DNA of 27,104 nt from an uncultured Janthinobacterium sp. (GTDB lineage Bacteria; Vulcanimicrobiota; Vulcanimicrobiia; Vulcanimicrobiales; Vulcanimicrobiaceae): contig CAZZXB010000004.1 of assembly GCA_964658025.1 (NCBI GenBank), forward strand, positions 14,737-41,840. The letters run 5' to 3'. Shown here in pieces: positions 15,233-24,267 of this stretch. A model generated the notes under the pieces. The model was not told where the DNA came from. It ran no database searches and saw only the letters and a list, made by a program, of their open reading frames with translations. How positions within the stretch are numbered: position 1 is the first letter of the stretch; every line of letters begins with the position of its first letter. Both the position numbers and the translations under genes were made by a program.

Positions 15233-16294
15233 TCAGGCGCTCCGCGTCGCGACCGTCTCGTCGCGCAGACGCGCGTAGAGCGGAGCGAGTCGTCGCGCGA
15301 GCAGCGCTTGGACGCGTTCGGGCTCCGCGAGAAACGCGTCGTGACCGTGATCGGATTCGAGTTCGTAATAGCGGCTGTCGTAGCCGAGCGACGCGTAGCG
15401 TTCGGCCGCCGCGCGAACGTAGGCGGGGAGGAAGAGCCAGTCGCTCGAGATCCCCGCGAAGGTGAGCTCGAGGTCCGCGCCGGGCACGCCGCGATCGCGC
15501 GCGTCGAACGCGTCCATCGCGCGCGTGAGCGTGAGATACGCCTGCGGGTCCATGCGGTCGGCGAAGATCGCGCCCTGGCGATCGAGATACCCCTCGACGT
15601 CGAACCGATCGTCGGCGTTCCGCAGCGGGTCGCCGCCGCTCCGGTCGGGCCTGCGTCCGTGGCGCGCGGCGAAGAGCGCGTCGCTCTTATAGGTGAGCAT
15701 CGCGATCTTGCGCGCGAGGCCGATCCCCGCGCGGGGATCGCGCGCGATGCGGATCGCCTCGCGCGCGACGGCGTTGAGGGCGATCCCCATCGCGGAGAAA
15801 TGGTCGTAGCTGCCGATCGCGATCGCGCGATCGACGCGCGCGTCCGGTTCGAGCGCCCACGCGAGCGCCTGCATCCCGCCGAGCGATCCGCCGACGACGA
15901 CCGCGAAGCGATCGAGACCGAGCGTCGCGAGTGCGGCGCGTTGCGCGCGGACCATGTCGAAGACGCCGACGACCGGAAACCGTTCGCCGTACGGCGCGCC
16001 GTCGGGCGCGGGCGATCGCGGTCCCGTCGATCCGTAGCAACTCCCGAGCGCGTTCACGCAGACGATCGCGAGCGCGTCCGTGTCGAGGAATTTTCCCGGT
16101 CCGGCGAGACCGCCCCACCAGTCGAGCGCGCGCGACGTCCCCGTGAGCGCGTGACACACGAGCGCGACGTTCGCGCCGTCGGGACGGGGGGTGCCGTAGA
16201 TCGTGACGCGCTGGACGACGTCCGGGAGCCGGGCGCCACAATCGAGCGCGAGGGACCCGATCGCGACGTCGCGTTCGACGGACGGCGGCGTCAG
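15233..16294 (-). CDS. metX: Homoserine O-acyl(acetyl)transferase, MetX family, about 353 aa; probable CTG start
   Basis: VCHALTG, WWGGL.GPG..LDT, N.LGSCYGSTGP, FP....DMV, nucleophile GGSLGGMQAL, GISSDWLF, HGHDAFL; downstream of metY. Confidence 0.93.
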   Translation of the reverse strand: MTPPSVERDVAIGSLALDCGARLPDVVQRVTIYGTPRPDGANVALVCHALTGTSRALDWWGGLAGPGKFLDTDALAIVCVNALGSCYGSTGPRSPAPDGAPYGERFPVVGVFDMVRAQRAALATLGLDRFAVVVGGSLGGMQALAWALEPDARVDRAIAIGSYDHFSAMGIALNAVAREAIRIARDPRAGIGLARKIAMLTYKSDALFAARHGRRPDRSGGDPLRNADDRFDVEGYLDRQGAIFADRMDPQAYLTLTRAMDAFDARDRGVPGADLELTFAGISSDWLFLPAYVRAAAERYASLGYDSRYYELESDHGHDAFLAEPERVQALLARRLAPLYARLRDETVATRSA

Positions 16295-17613
16295 GTGGCC
16301 GCGATCTCGCGCGGGAACACGGCGTCGCGCGCGCCCGCGAGCGCCTGCGCGATGTCGGCGACGATGTCGTGCGGATCTTCGATCCCGATCGAGAGCCGGA
16401 TCATGTCCTCGGTGACGCCCGCTTCGATCTGCTGCACGACGCTGAGTTGTTGGTGCGTCGTCGTGGACGGATGGATGACGAGCGATTTGGCGTCGCCCAC
16501 GTTCGCGAGTAACGAGAAGAGTTTGAGCCGGTCGATCGCGGCCTTCGCCGCGGGCGCGCCGCCCTTGATCCCGAACGTCAACACGGCGCCCGAACCCTTC
16601 GGCAGATACTTTTTCGCGCGGGCGTGCGAGTGGTGGTCCGCCATGCCGGGATAGGAGATCCACGTCACGTCGGGATGTTCGCGCAGGTAGTTCGCGACCG
16701 CGAGGGCGTTGGACGAATGGCGTTCCATCCGTAGGCCGAGCGTTTCGAGTCCCTGTAAGAGCAGCCACGAGTTGAACGGCGAGATCGCCGAACCGAGATC
16801 GCGCAGTAATTGCACGCGCGCCTTGATGATGTAGGCGAGGTTGCCGAACGACGCGACGTAGCGCACCCCGTGATAGGACGGATCGGGATCGACGAGTTCG
16901 GAGAATTTCCCCGACGCCTCCCAATCGAAGTTCCCGCCGTCGACGAGCAGTCCGCCGATCGACGTACCGTGACCGCCGATGAATTTCGTCGCCGAATGGA
17001 CGACGATGTTGGCACCCCAGTCGAAGGGCCGGCAGAGATACGGCGTCGCGAGCGTGCTGTCGACGACGAGCGGGATCTTCGCGTCGCGCGCGACGCCCGC
17101 GACGGCTTCGATATCGAGCACGTCGACGCGCGGGTTCCCGATCGTCTCCGCGAAGATCGCCTTCGTGTTCTCGCGGACCGCGTCGCGGAAGTTCGCGGGT
17201 TTGGCCGGATCGACGAGCGTGATCTCGAGCCCGAATTTCGGCAGCGTGTGCGTGAACGCCGTGTACGTGCCGCCGTAGAGCGACGCCGACGCGACGACGT
17301 GATCGCCCGCGCGCGCGATGTTCAGTAACGAGAAGACGTTCGCGGCCTGCCCGCTCGCGAGCGCGAGCGCGCCGACGCCGCCTTCGAGTTCGGCGATGCG
17401 CTGTTCGAGCACGTCGCTCGTGGGATTCATGATCCGCGTGTAGATGTTTCCGAACTCTTGGAGCGCGAAGAGTCGCGCGGCGTGTTCGGCATCGTCGAAC
17501 GTGTACGACGTCGTCTGATAGATCGGTACCGCGCGCGATTTCGTGTGCGGGTCGCCCGCGTGACCGCCGTGGACGGCGGTCGTATCGAAGCGATATTCGG
17601 AGGGTTCGGACAC
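16291..17613 (-). CDS. metY: O-acetylhomoserine aminocarboxypropyltransferase (sulfhydrylase), 440 aa
   Basis: GAGGAG RBS before GTG 17613. RAVPIYQTTSY, GNIYTRIMNPT, PLP-lysine HSATKFIGGHG, LANVGDAKSLVIHP, IRLSIGIE. Confidence 0.96.
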   Translation of the reverse strand: MSEPSEYRFDTTAVHGGHAGDPHTKSRAVPIYQTTSYTFDDAEHAARLFALQEFGNIYTRIMNPTSDVLEQRIAELEGGVGALALASGQAANVFSLLNIARAGDHVVASASLYGGTYTAFTHTLPKFGLEITLVDPAKPANFRDAVRENTKAIFAETIGNPRVDVLDIEAVAGVARDAKIPLVVDSTLATPYLCRPFDWGANIVVHSATKFIGGHGTSIGGLLVDGGNFDWEASGKFSELVDPDPSYHGVRYVASFGNLAYIIKARVQLLRDLGSAISPFNSWLLLQGLETLGLRMERHSSNALAVANYLREHPDVTWISYPGMADHHSHARAKKYLPKGSGAVLTFGIKGGAPAAKAAIDRLKLFSLLANVGDAKSLVIHPSTTTHQQLSVVQQIEAGVTEDMIRLSIGIEDPHDIVADIAQALAGARDAVFPREIAAT

Positions 17614-17626
17614 GGGATGCTCCTCG

Positions 17627-18973
17627 TTAGCGAGCGACGGAGAGCGCGACGTCGGGCGCGTGCCCGGTCGCGGAGACGGCGTCGACCGCGAGATCTTCCC
17701 ACAGCGGGATGACGCTCGCGGGAACGACCCGTGCGGTGCGGACGCCTTCGACGATCGTGGCCGCATCCGCGTCGTCGAGCGACGCGGTGACGACGGCGGG
17801 GAGACCCTCGAGGGGTTCGGCCGCGATGCCCGCACGCGCGAGCGCCTCGCGCGCCGGTCGGACGTCGCCGAGCGACGTCAGGCGGATCACGCGACGGAGC
17901 GGGATCGCGCGGTCGAGCCGATCGGTGCGGACGGGCGCGAGTTGCGTGTCGCCCGTCTTCACGCCGGCGTTGCGGCCGGCGGAGATGAGCCGCAACACGG
18001 CGACGACGTCGCCGACGACGGACGACGCCGTGGGATCGCTCCCCGCGCCCGTTCCGGCGAACGTGAGCGACCCGGAACTCCGGCCCATCACGCGGATGCA
18101 GTTCTGCGGGCCGACGGGTTGCGCGAACGCGTGCCCCGCGGAGACGTACGCGGGCGTGACGATCGACGCGTCCGCGCGCGCGCACGCGACGAGCTTGAGC
18201 CGCCAGCCGGCGCGCTTCGCGAGCGAGTGATCGGCGGCCGAGAGTTCGGTGATCCCCGTGCGCGGGATCTCGCTCGTGACGAGGCCGCGACGGAACGCGA
18301 GCTGCGCGAGGATCGCGAGTTTGTGCGCGGCGTCGATGCCCGCGACGTCGCTCGTGGGATCGCTCTCGGCGAAACCGAGACGCTGCGCCTGCGCGAGCGC
18401 GCTCGCGTACGACGCGCCGCCGAACATCTCCGATAAGATGAAGTTCGTCGTGCCGTTGAGCACGCCGCCGACTTCGAGGATCTCCTCGCCCGCGAGCGAT
18501 TCGCCGATCGTCCGCACGATCGGGATCGCGCCGCCGACGGCCGCTTCGTAGGCGATCGTGACGCCGCTCGCCGCCGCGAGCGCGCGCAGTTCGGGTCCGC
18601 GCGTGGCGAGCAGATCCTTATTGGCGGTGACGACGTGCTTGCGGTTGGCGAGCGCGGCGACGACGAGTTCGGCCGCGGTTCCGGTTCCGCCGATGCATTC
18701 GATCACGACGTCGATCGTGGGATCGTCGACGAGCGCGCGCGCGTCTTCCGTGAAAAGTCCGACGGGGATCTCGGTCGGACGCGGTTTCGCGAGCGAACGC
18801 ACGGCGATTCCGGCGAGCCAGTAGTCCACACCGCTGCGAGCGGGGACCGACGACGTCGAGTTGACGAGGAGTCGCGCGACGCCTGAGCCGACCGTACCGC
18901 ACCCTAAGAGGGCGATTCGGACGTCTCGGCCGACGTCGGTGCGATCCGCGTGCGCTGGGTGAGTGAGCGACAA
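17627..18973 (-). CDS. hom: Homoserine dehydrogenase with a divergent C-terminal (ACT-like) extension, about 448 aa
   Basis: IALLGCGTVGSGV Rossmann motif, HVVTANK, YEAAVGGAIP, GVLNGTTNFIL, AQRLGFAESDPTSDV.G.DAAHKL, GAGSDPTASSV. TTG start at 18973 with AGGTGG upstream; the start is uncertain. Confidence 0.95.
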   Translation of the reverse strand: MSLTHPAHADRTDVGRDVRIALLGCGTVGSGVARLLVNSTSSVPARSGVDYWLAGIAVRSLAKPRPTEIPVGLFTEDARALVDDPTIDVVIECIGGTGTAAELVVAALANRKHVVTANKDLLATRGPELRALAAASGVTIAYEAAVGGAIPIVRTIGESLAGEEILEVGGVLNGTTNFILSEMFGGASYASALAQAQRLGFAESDPTSDVAGIDAAHKLAILAQLAFRRGLVTSEIPRTGITELSAADHSLAKRAGWRLKLVACARADASIVTPAYVSAGHAFAQPVGPQNCIRVMGRSSGSLTFAGTGAGSDPTASSVVGDVVAVLRLISAGRNAGVKTGDTQLAPVRTDRLDRAIPLRRVIRLTSLGDVRPAREALARAGIAAEPLEGLPAVVTASLDDADAATIVEGVRTARVVPASVIPLWEDLAVDAVSATGHAPDVALSVAR

Positions 18974-18988
18974 GCGATTCCACCTATG

Positions 18989-19019
18989 GCCAACGGGTTG
19001 GCAGTTAAGTGGGCCCACT
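18989..19019. promoter_or_regulatory. Two palindromes (GCCAAC-GG-GTTGGC 18989-19002; AGTGGGCCCACT 19008-19019), candidate operators
   Basis: Perfect inverted repeats overlapping the -10/TSS and the leader of the met operon. Confidence 0.45.
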
Positions 19020-19046
19020 ATACCGAACCCGCGGCTCGTGCGTCAA
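19017..19046 (-). promoter_or_regulatory. Sigma70-type promoter for hom-metY-metX: TTGACG-18 nt-TATAGT
   Basis: On the minus strand, -35 is TTGACG (19046-19041) and -10 is TATAGT (19022-19017). Both are 5/6 matches in GC-rich DNA and lie about 45 nt upstream of the hom start. Confidence 0.7.
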
Positions 19047-19883
19047 GCGCGTCTCCTACGCCTCGCGTCCGGCGGTGCGCTGCACGTTTCGGGCACCGCG
19101 GGTTCCGAACCCGTTCTCTTCTTTCACGGTGTCGGCGGCGGCGCGTGGTCGTGGGAACCGCAGATCGCGGAGTTCGAACGCGACCGCCATTGCTACGCCT
19201 GGGAAGCGCGCGGGCACGGTGCGGCCGCGAGGGTCGAGGACGCCGGGCTCGGCGACTATTTCGTCGACGCGCGCGAAGCGCTCGTGCACGTTTCGGCGGC
19301 CGAAGGTCCCGCGTGGCTCGCGGGTCACTCGATGGGCGGTCTGCTCGCGCTCGCCCTCGCGGCGGAGCGTCCCGCCGACGTCCGGGGACTCATGCTCGTC
19401 GAACCCGTCTACGCGCCGAGCGGCGGAACGGGGCATCTCTCGGGGCCGCTCGGACGGCTCGCGCGTCTCGCCGTGGCTCCGCTCGTGCGGTCGTACGCGC
19501 GCGACGGCGCGCTCGCGCGGACGCTCTCGCGCTGGATGTTCGAGCGTTCGTTCGAGGATCGCGAACGGATGGAGCGCGCGTGGATCGCGCAACGGACGCA
19601 GGTTCCGATCGAGTATCCGAAGATGATGTACGAGGCCTTCGACGGGCCGACGAATTTTCGCAGTGCCGCGTTCGCGCGCGACCTCGCGATGCCGACGTTG
19701 CTCGCCGAGGGCACGGTCGCGGCGCGCGGTCCGCGTTTTCCCGAACTCGTCCGCGATCTCGAACATCTCGGCGACGCGTTCAGCTACATCCGTCTCGATG
19801 GAGGACACTATCTACAACTCGACCGCAGCGCACCGCGGCTCCGTCTCGAATTCCGCGAGTTCGTAACGCGATGGTCGCCATGA
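19038..19883 (+). CDS. Alpha/beta fold hydrolase, about 281 aa
   Basis: PVLFFHGVGG...W, RGHG, GHSMGG nucleophile elbow, GGHYLQL. GTG 19038 is the last in-frame start before the conserved core. Confidence 0.88.
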   Translation: MRQARLLRLASGGALHVSGTAGSEPVLFFHGVGGGAWSWEPQIAEFERDRHCYAWEARGHGAAARVEDAGLGDYFVDAREALVHVSAAEGPAWLAGHSMGGLLALALAAERPADVRGLMLVEPVYAPSGGTGHLSGPLGRLARLAVAPLVRSYARDGALARTLSRWMFERSFEDRERMERAWIAQRTQVPIEYPKMMYEAFDGPTNFRSAAFARDLAMPTLLAEGTVAARGPRFPELVRDLEHLGDAFSYIRLDGGHYLQLDRSAPRLRLEFREFVTRWSP

Positions 19884-21904
19884 GCGCTCCGCGCCGATAC
19901 CGCTTGATGCTGACGGCGATCCTCGCCGTCGCGCTCCTCGCCGCGCTCTACGTCGCGATCGTGCGCGAGCGCAAGGAAACGGGCTCGCGTCGCGTCGAGA
20001 TCGCGATGGACTACGGCGATTTCGCCGCACTCTGCGCGTCGTACGGTTACGACAAGCGTCAGATGCTCATCGCGTTGCGGCGCGCGGGGCTCACGTCGCT
20101 CGCCGTCTCCGAGGAACTCGGCGGCGCGCTCGATTCGGGGACGACGGCGTACGTCGTGCCGGGTCAGGCGCTCATCGCGCAAGCGCGGCTCGCGCCGCTG
20201 CAGAATCCGTTTTTCGCGAGCCTCGCGAAACGCGGCGGTCTCTCGGCGAGCGATCTCTACCTCACGATCTTCGATCCCGCCGCCGTCGCGCGTTACCGCG
20301 CCGCGCTCGGATTGCACTTCGAACCGCGCGCGGTCCGCGTGGTGAAGTCGGGCTCGCCGACCGTGCTCGCGATCCGCTCGCAGGCCGATTACTTCGGCTC
20401 GCTCGGGCTCGGTCTCCCCGAAGAACCGCTCGGCTTCGCGCGCGAGCTCGCGCTCTTTCTCGTGCCGCGCATCCAGAACGACGAACGTTTCGGCGCGCCG
20501 CAGATCGATCGCATCTTCGCGAGCCTCAAACGTCACGAGCGGCCGACCACGGTCATCTTCTTCGGACAGCGCAACGAAGTGCTCGGCTATCCCGATCGGC
20601 TCCAAGACGTCGCGGACGCGTTCAAGCGGACGGGGCTCAATTTCGGTTCGATCGAGACCTACGACAAGAATCAGATCCAGAAAGGCAACGACGGGCTCGC
20701 CGAAAAGGCGATCGAGCGGACGACGCGCGTGCAGGCGATCGCCAAGGCCGAACTCGACAAGCTCGATTTCGAAACGGTCGTCGCGCGCTATCTGCTCGGC
20801 GTGCGCGAGCGCAACGTCCGCGTCGTCTATCTGCGTCCGTTCCTGCACGAACAGGACGGGCTCTCGCTCGAGAAGACCAACGTGGAGATGGTCCGGCGGA
20901 TCCGCGACGGTCTCGTCGCGCGGGGATTCAAACTCGGGCGCGCGACGCCCGTGCCGGGTTTCCGCATCAACCCGCTCGTCGTCGCGCTCGTCGCGCTCGC
21001 GATCCCCGCGATCTTCCTGCTCTTACTCGAAGCCTTCGGCGTCCGTCGCGCGTCGATCGCGTACGGGGCGTTCGGCGCGACGCTCGTGTTCGTCGCGCTC
21101 GGCTACCTCGTCCATCACGATCTGCTCGCGCGCAAGATCCTCGCGCTGCTCGGCGCGATCGCGTTCGCGACGATGGGGTTCGTCGCGGTCCCGCGTTCGT
21201 TCACGTTGCCGCCGCCCGCGGGGTACGGTGCGAGCGTGCTCGCCGGGATCCGTACGCTCGGCGTGGCGCTCGCGTTCGCGCTCGGCGGCGCGCTCGTCGT
21301 CGTGGGGCTCGTGAGCGTGCCGCTGCTCATGGAAGAGATCGATCGTTTCGCGGGCGTGAAGGCGGTGATCGTCGTTCCGCCGCTCCTGGCCTTCGCGCTC
21401 TACGTCTACACGCGGCGCTTCGGTAACGAGCCGCCGACGCCACGCGCGTCGGCGCTCGAACCCGTGCGCGTCTACCAATTACTCGCGCTCGCGATCATCG
21501 GCGTGCTCGCGATCGTCTACGTCTCGCGGAGCGGCAACCAGAGCGACGTCACGCCGTCGGCGTTCGAGCTCGCCTTCCGTTCGAACCTCACGGCCGTGCT
21601 CGGCGTGCGGCCGCGGCTCAAGGAGTTCCTCATCGGATTTCCGATGATGATGTTGCTGCCCGCGCTCCGCCTCGAACACAAACGCGCGACGGGCTGGCTC
21701 TTCGCGCTCGGCATCGCGATCGGCACCTCCGACGTCGTCGATACGTTCTCGCATCTCCACACGCCGCTCGTCGTCTCGCTCTTGCGGATCGTCAACGGCG
21801 CCGCGATCGGCATCGTCGTCGGCGCGCTCGCGATCGCGCTCTACCGTGCGATCGACGCGCGCGTGCGCGCGAACGCGATGCGCCGACTCGTCCGCAGTTC
21901 GTAA
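19880..21904 (+). CDS. DUF5693-like membrane protein (N-terminal TM, large soluble domain, multi-TM C-terminus), 674 aa
   Basis: ATGA overlap. VEIAMDY, GVRERNVRVVYLRP, F.GVK....PP, RSGN, E..FR..L...LGVRPR.KEFLIGFP, VDTFSHLHTP..VSLLR; this family typically sits next to csaB. Confidence 0.8.
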   Translation: MSAPRRYRLMLTAILAVALLAALYVAIVRERKETGSRRVEIAMDYGDFAALCASYGYDKRQMLIALRRAGLTSLAVSEELGGALDSGTTAYVVPGQALIAQARLAPLQNPFFASLAKRGGLSASDLYLTIFDPAAVARYRAALGLHFEPRAVRVVKSGSPTVLAIRSQADYFGSLGLGLPEEPLGFARELALFLVPRIQNDERFGAPQIDRIFASLKRHERPTTVIFFGQRNEVLGYPDRLQDVADAFKRTGLNFGSIETYDKNQIQKGNDGLAEKAIERTTRVQAIAKAELDKLDFETVVARYLLGVRERNVRVVYLRPFLHEQDGLSLEKTNVEMVRRIRDGLVARGFKLGRATPVPGFRINPLVVALVALAIPAIFLLLLEAFGVRRASIAYGAFGATLVFVALGYLVHHDLLARKILALLGAIAFATMGFVAVPRSFTLPPPAGYGASVLAGIRTLGVALAFALGGALVVVGLVSVPLLMEEIDRFAGVKAVIVVPPLLAFALYVYTRRFGNEPPTPRASALEPVRVYQLLALAIIGVLAIVYVSRSGNQSDVTPSAFELAFRSNLTAVLGVRPRLKEFLIGFPMMMLLPALRLEHKRATGWLFALGIAIGTSDVVDTFSHLHTPLVVSLLRIVNGAAIGIVVGALAIALYRAIDARVRANAMRRLVRSS

Positions 21905-21953
21905 CGTGCCGTCGGGCGACCGTCGCGTGCGTTCGGGAACGGCGCGTTAGCGC

Positions 21954-23027
21954 GTGCGTTTTCTCATCAGCGGCTATTACGGCTTCGAGAACGTGGGCGA
22001 CGAGGCGTTGCTCCGCGTCATCGCGGGCGAGCTCAAGACGCGCTATCCGCTCGCGACGATCGACGCGCTCTCCGCGACGCCCGAGACGACCGCGCACGAA
22101 CTCGGCATCGACGCGTCGCCGCGATGGGATCAGGGCGCGATCCGCGCGGCGGTCGCGCGCGCGGACGTCGTGCTCTCGGGCGGCGGCGGCCTCTTGCAGA
22201 ACGCCACGAGCCTCAAGAGTCTCGCGTACTACGCGGGGATCGTGAACGCCGGGATCCGCGCGGGCAAGAAGACGATGGTCTTCGCGCAATCGGTCGGGCC
22301 GCTCGATTTTTTCGGGAAGCAGACGGTCCGAAAATTTCTCAAGGGCCTCGGTGCCGCGACCGTCCGCGACGAACGTTCGCGCGCGCTCTTCGCGCCGCTC
22401 GTCCCCGCGACGCACGTCGAACGGACCGCCGATCCCGTTTTCGGCTACGACCTCCCGAATTCCGACGCGCGCGCGTTACTCGGCGCGGAGAGCGATCCGC
22501 TCGTCGTCGTGTGCGTGCGCAAGACGGCGAACTTCAGCGATTGCATCGTCGCGCTCGCCGCCGCCGTCGATCGCCTCTCGCGCGCGCACGGCGCACGGGT
22601 CGCGTTCGTTCCGTTCGGCGGAACGGCCGACGCGGAGGCGGCGACGCTCGTCATCCGCAAGTGCGCGACGCAGCCGATGCTCGTCCCCGCGGGCGATCTC
22701 GAGGCGATCGCGCGGACGATCGCGGGCGCGCGGCTCGTCGTCGGCGTGCGCCTCCACGCGCTGATCCTCGCGATCCGTTTCGGCGTGCCGTTCCTCGCGA
22801 TTCCGTACGATCCGAAAGTCTCAGGCTTGATCGAGGATATCGGGTATCCGCTTCCGCCGCTCTGGACGCCGGGTTCGCGCGCCGACGTCGCGCACGTCGA
22901 GCGGCTGGTCGACGAGGCGTGGGTCCGGCGCGAGGAACTCGCGGGCGACGTCGCGCGCGCCGCGACCGAGCAGATGCGCCTCGCGAAGCGCAACTTCGAC
23001 GTGCTCGACGAACTCGTCCGCTCGTGA
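21954..23027 (+). CDS. csaB: Polysaccharide pyruvyl transferase CsaB, 357 aa
   Basis: ISGYYGFENVGDEALL, SGGGGLLQNATS.KSL.YY, AQSVGPL, VRDERS, TADPV, GVRLHALI.A...VP..AIPYDPKV. Confidence 0.92.
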   Translation: MRFLISGYYGFENVGDEALLRVIAGELKTRYPLATIDALSATPETTAHELGIDASPRWDQGAIRAAVARADVVLSGGGGLLQNATSLKSLAYYAGIVNAGIRAGKKTMVFAQSVGPLDFFGKQTVRKFLKGLGAATVRDERSRALFAPLVPATHVERTADPVFGYDLPNSDARALLGAESDPLVVVCVRKTANFSDCIVALAAAVDRLSRAHGARVAFVPFGGTADAEAATLVIRKCATQPMLVPAGDLEAIARTIAGARLVVGVRLHALILAIRFGVPFLAIPYDPKVSGLIEDIGYPLPPLWTPGSRADVAHVERLVDEAWVRREELAGDVARAATEQMRLAKRNFDVLDELVRS

Positions 23028-23220
23028 GCCCCGGCCGGAGGACGCCGCCTCGTAGCTGAGCCCCGCCTGCCGGACGCCGTCTCGCACGGAAGCCCCATCG
23101 CCGGACGACGCGTCGTACGCGAGCGTCGATCGCCGACGCCGCCCGGCGCGTCGCGACGCCCGGCATCGGAGTTCGCCGCGAGCGTAGTAGTTTCGCGCGG
23201 TCGCGGGAAAAGGTCCCACG

Positions 23221-24207
23221 ATGAATCGTCGCGAGCTCTGCGCGGGAGCGGCCGCCCTCTCGTTGCTCGGCGCCTCGCCCGTTCCGTCGTCGAGCGGCGC
23301 GCCCGCCGCCGCCGGGCTCGAAAGCGAGTATACGCTCGCGACGCCGACCGGCACGATCGCCGGAACGGCACTCGTCCCGACGGGCGCCGGCGCGCGCACG
23401 CCCGCGGTCCTCATCGTTTCGGGCTCGGGACCGGTCGATCGCGACGGCAACGCGGGCAGCGTCAAGACGGACACGTACCGGCTCCTCGCGAACGCGCTCG
23501 CCGCGCGCGGGATCGCGACGGTTCGGTACGACAAGCGCGGCGTCGGTGCGAGCCGCGCGGCCGGTCCGGCCGAGAGCGCTCTGCGCTTCGAGACGTACGT
23601 CGACGACGCCGCGGCCTGGATCGCGAAGATGCGCGCGGACGCGCGTTTCGGCGAGATCGCCGTCGCGGGGCATAGCGAAGGCTCGCTCGTCGGCATGCTC
23701 GCGTCGGCGAAGGCGAAGCCCGACGCGTTCGTCTCGCTCGAGGGCGCGGGATTTCCGGCGGCCGAGATCCTGCGCAAGCAACTCGGGCCGCGGCTCGCGA
23801 GCTTGCCCGATCTCGCGGCCGCGAACGAGCGCATCCTCGGCGCGCTCGCGAAGGGCCGAACGACGGGCGACGTACCGACGATGCTCGAGGTGCTCTACCG
23901 GCCCTCCGTGCAGCCGTACCTCATCTCGTGGTTCGCGTACGATCCGCGCGTCGCGATCGCGGCGCTGCGCGCGCCGCTCGTCGTCGTGCAGGGTGCGTAC
24001 GATCTCCAAGTCTCGCTCGACGACGCGAAGGCGCTCGCGGGCGCGAATCCGGCGGCCGCGCTCCACGTGATCGATCGCATGAGTCACGTTCTCAAAGACG
24101 CGGCCGACGGCACGCTCGCGACGCAAGCCGCGACCGTATACGCGGACCCGTCGCTGCCGATCGATCCCGCGGTCGCGGGCCTCGTCGCCGCGACGCTCGG
24201 GAAATAA
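23221..24207 (+). CDS. Tat-exported alpha/beta hydrolase (S9/S33-like esterase or peptidase), 328 aa
   Basis: MNRRELCAGAAALSLL twin-arginine signal. GSGPVDRDGN, RYDKRGVG.S, GHSEG, QG..DLQV, MSHVLK. Confidence 0.88.
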   Translation: MNRRELCAGAAALSLLGASPVPSSSGAPAAAGLESEYTLATPTGTIAGTALVPTGAGARTPAVLIVSGSGPVDRDGNAGSVKTDTYRLLANALAARGIATVRYDKRGVGASRAAGPAESALRFETYVDDAAAWIAKMRADARFGEIAVAGHSEGSLVGMLASAKAKPDAFVSLEGAGFPAAEILRKQLGPRLASLPDLAAANERILGALAKGRTTGDVPTMLEVLYRPSVQPYLISWFAYDPRVAIAALRAPLVVVQGAYDLQVSLDDAKALAGANPAAALHVIDRMSHVLKDAADGTLATQAATVYADPSLPIDPAVAGLVAATLGK

Positions 24208-24267
24208 CCGACCGCGGTCGCGTCCGAAGATGACGCGTCCGGGCGCGGCGCGAACGTCGCGGGTTCC

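Noticed and set aside
18950..19879. 310-aa N-terminal extension of the DUF5693 ORF
   Set aside because: It overlaps the alpha/beta hydrolase in another frame; the ATGA junction at 19880 gives a sensible start.
23028..23220. GC-rich intergenic region as a possible ncRNA or REP element
   Set aside because: No tRNA or known RNA signature and no second copy seen in the window; self-complementarity is explained by CG richness.
24208..24267. T-box or terminator upstream of ileS
   Set aside because: Only 60 nt, no T-box consensus; the short GC hairpins are expected by chance.
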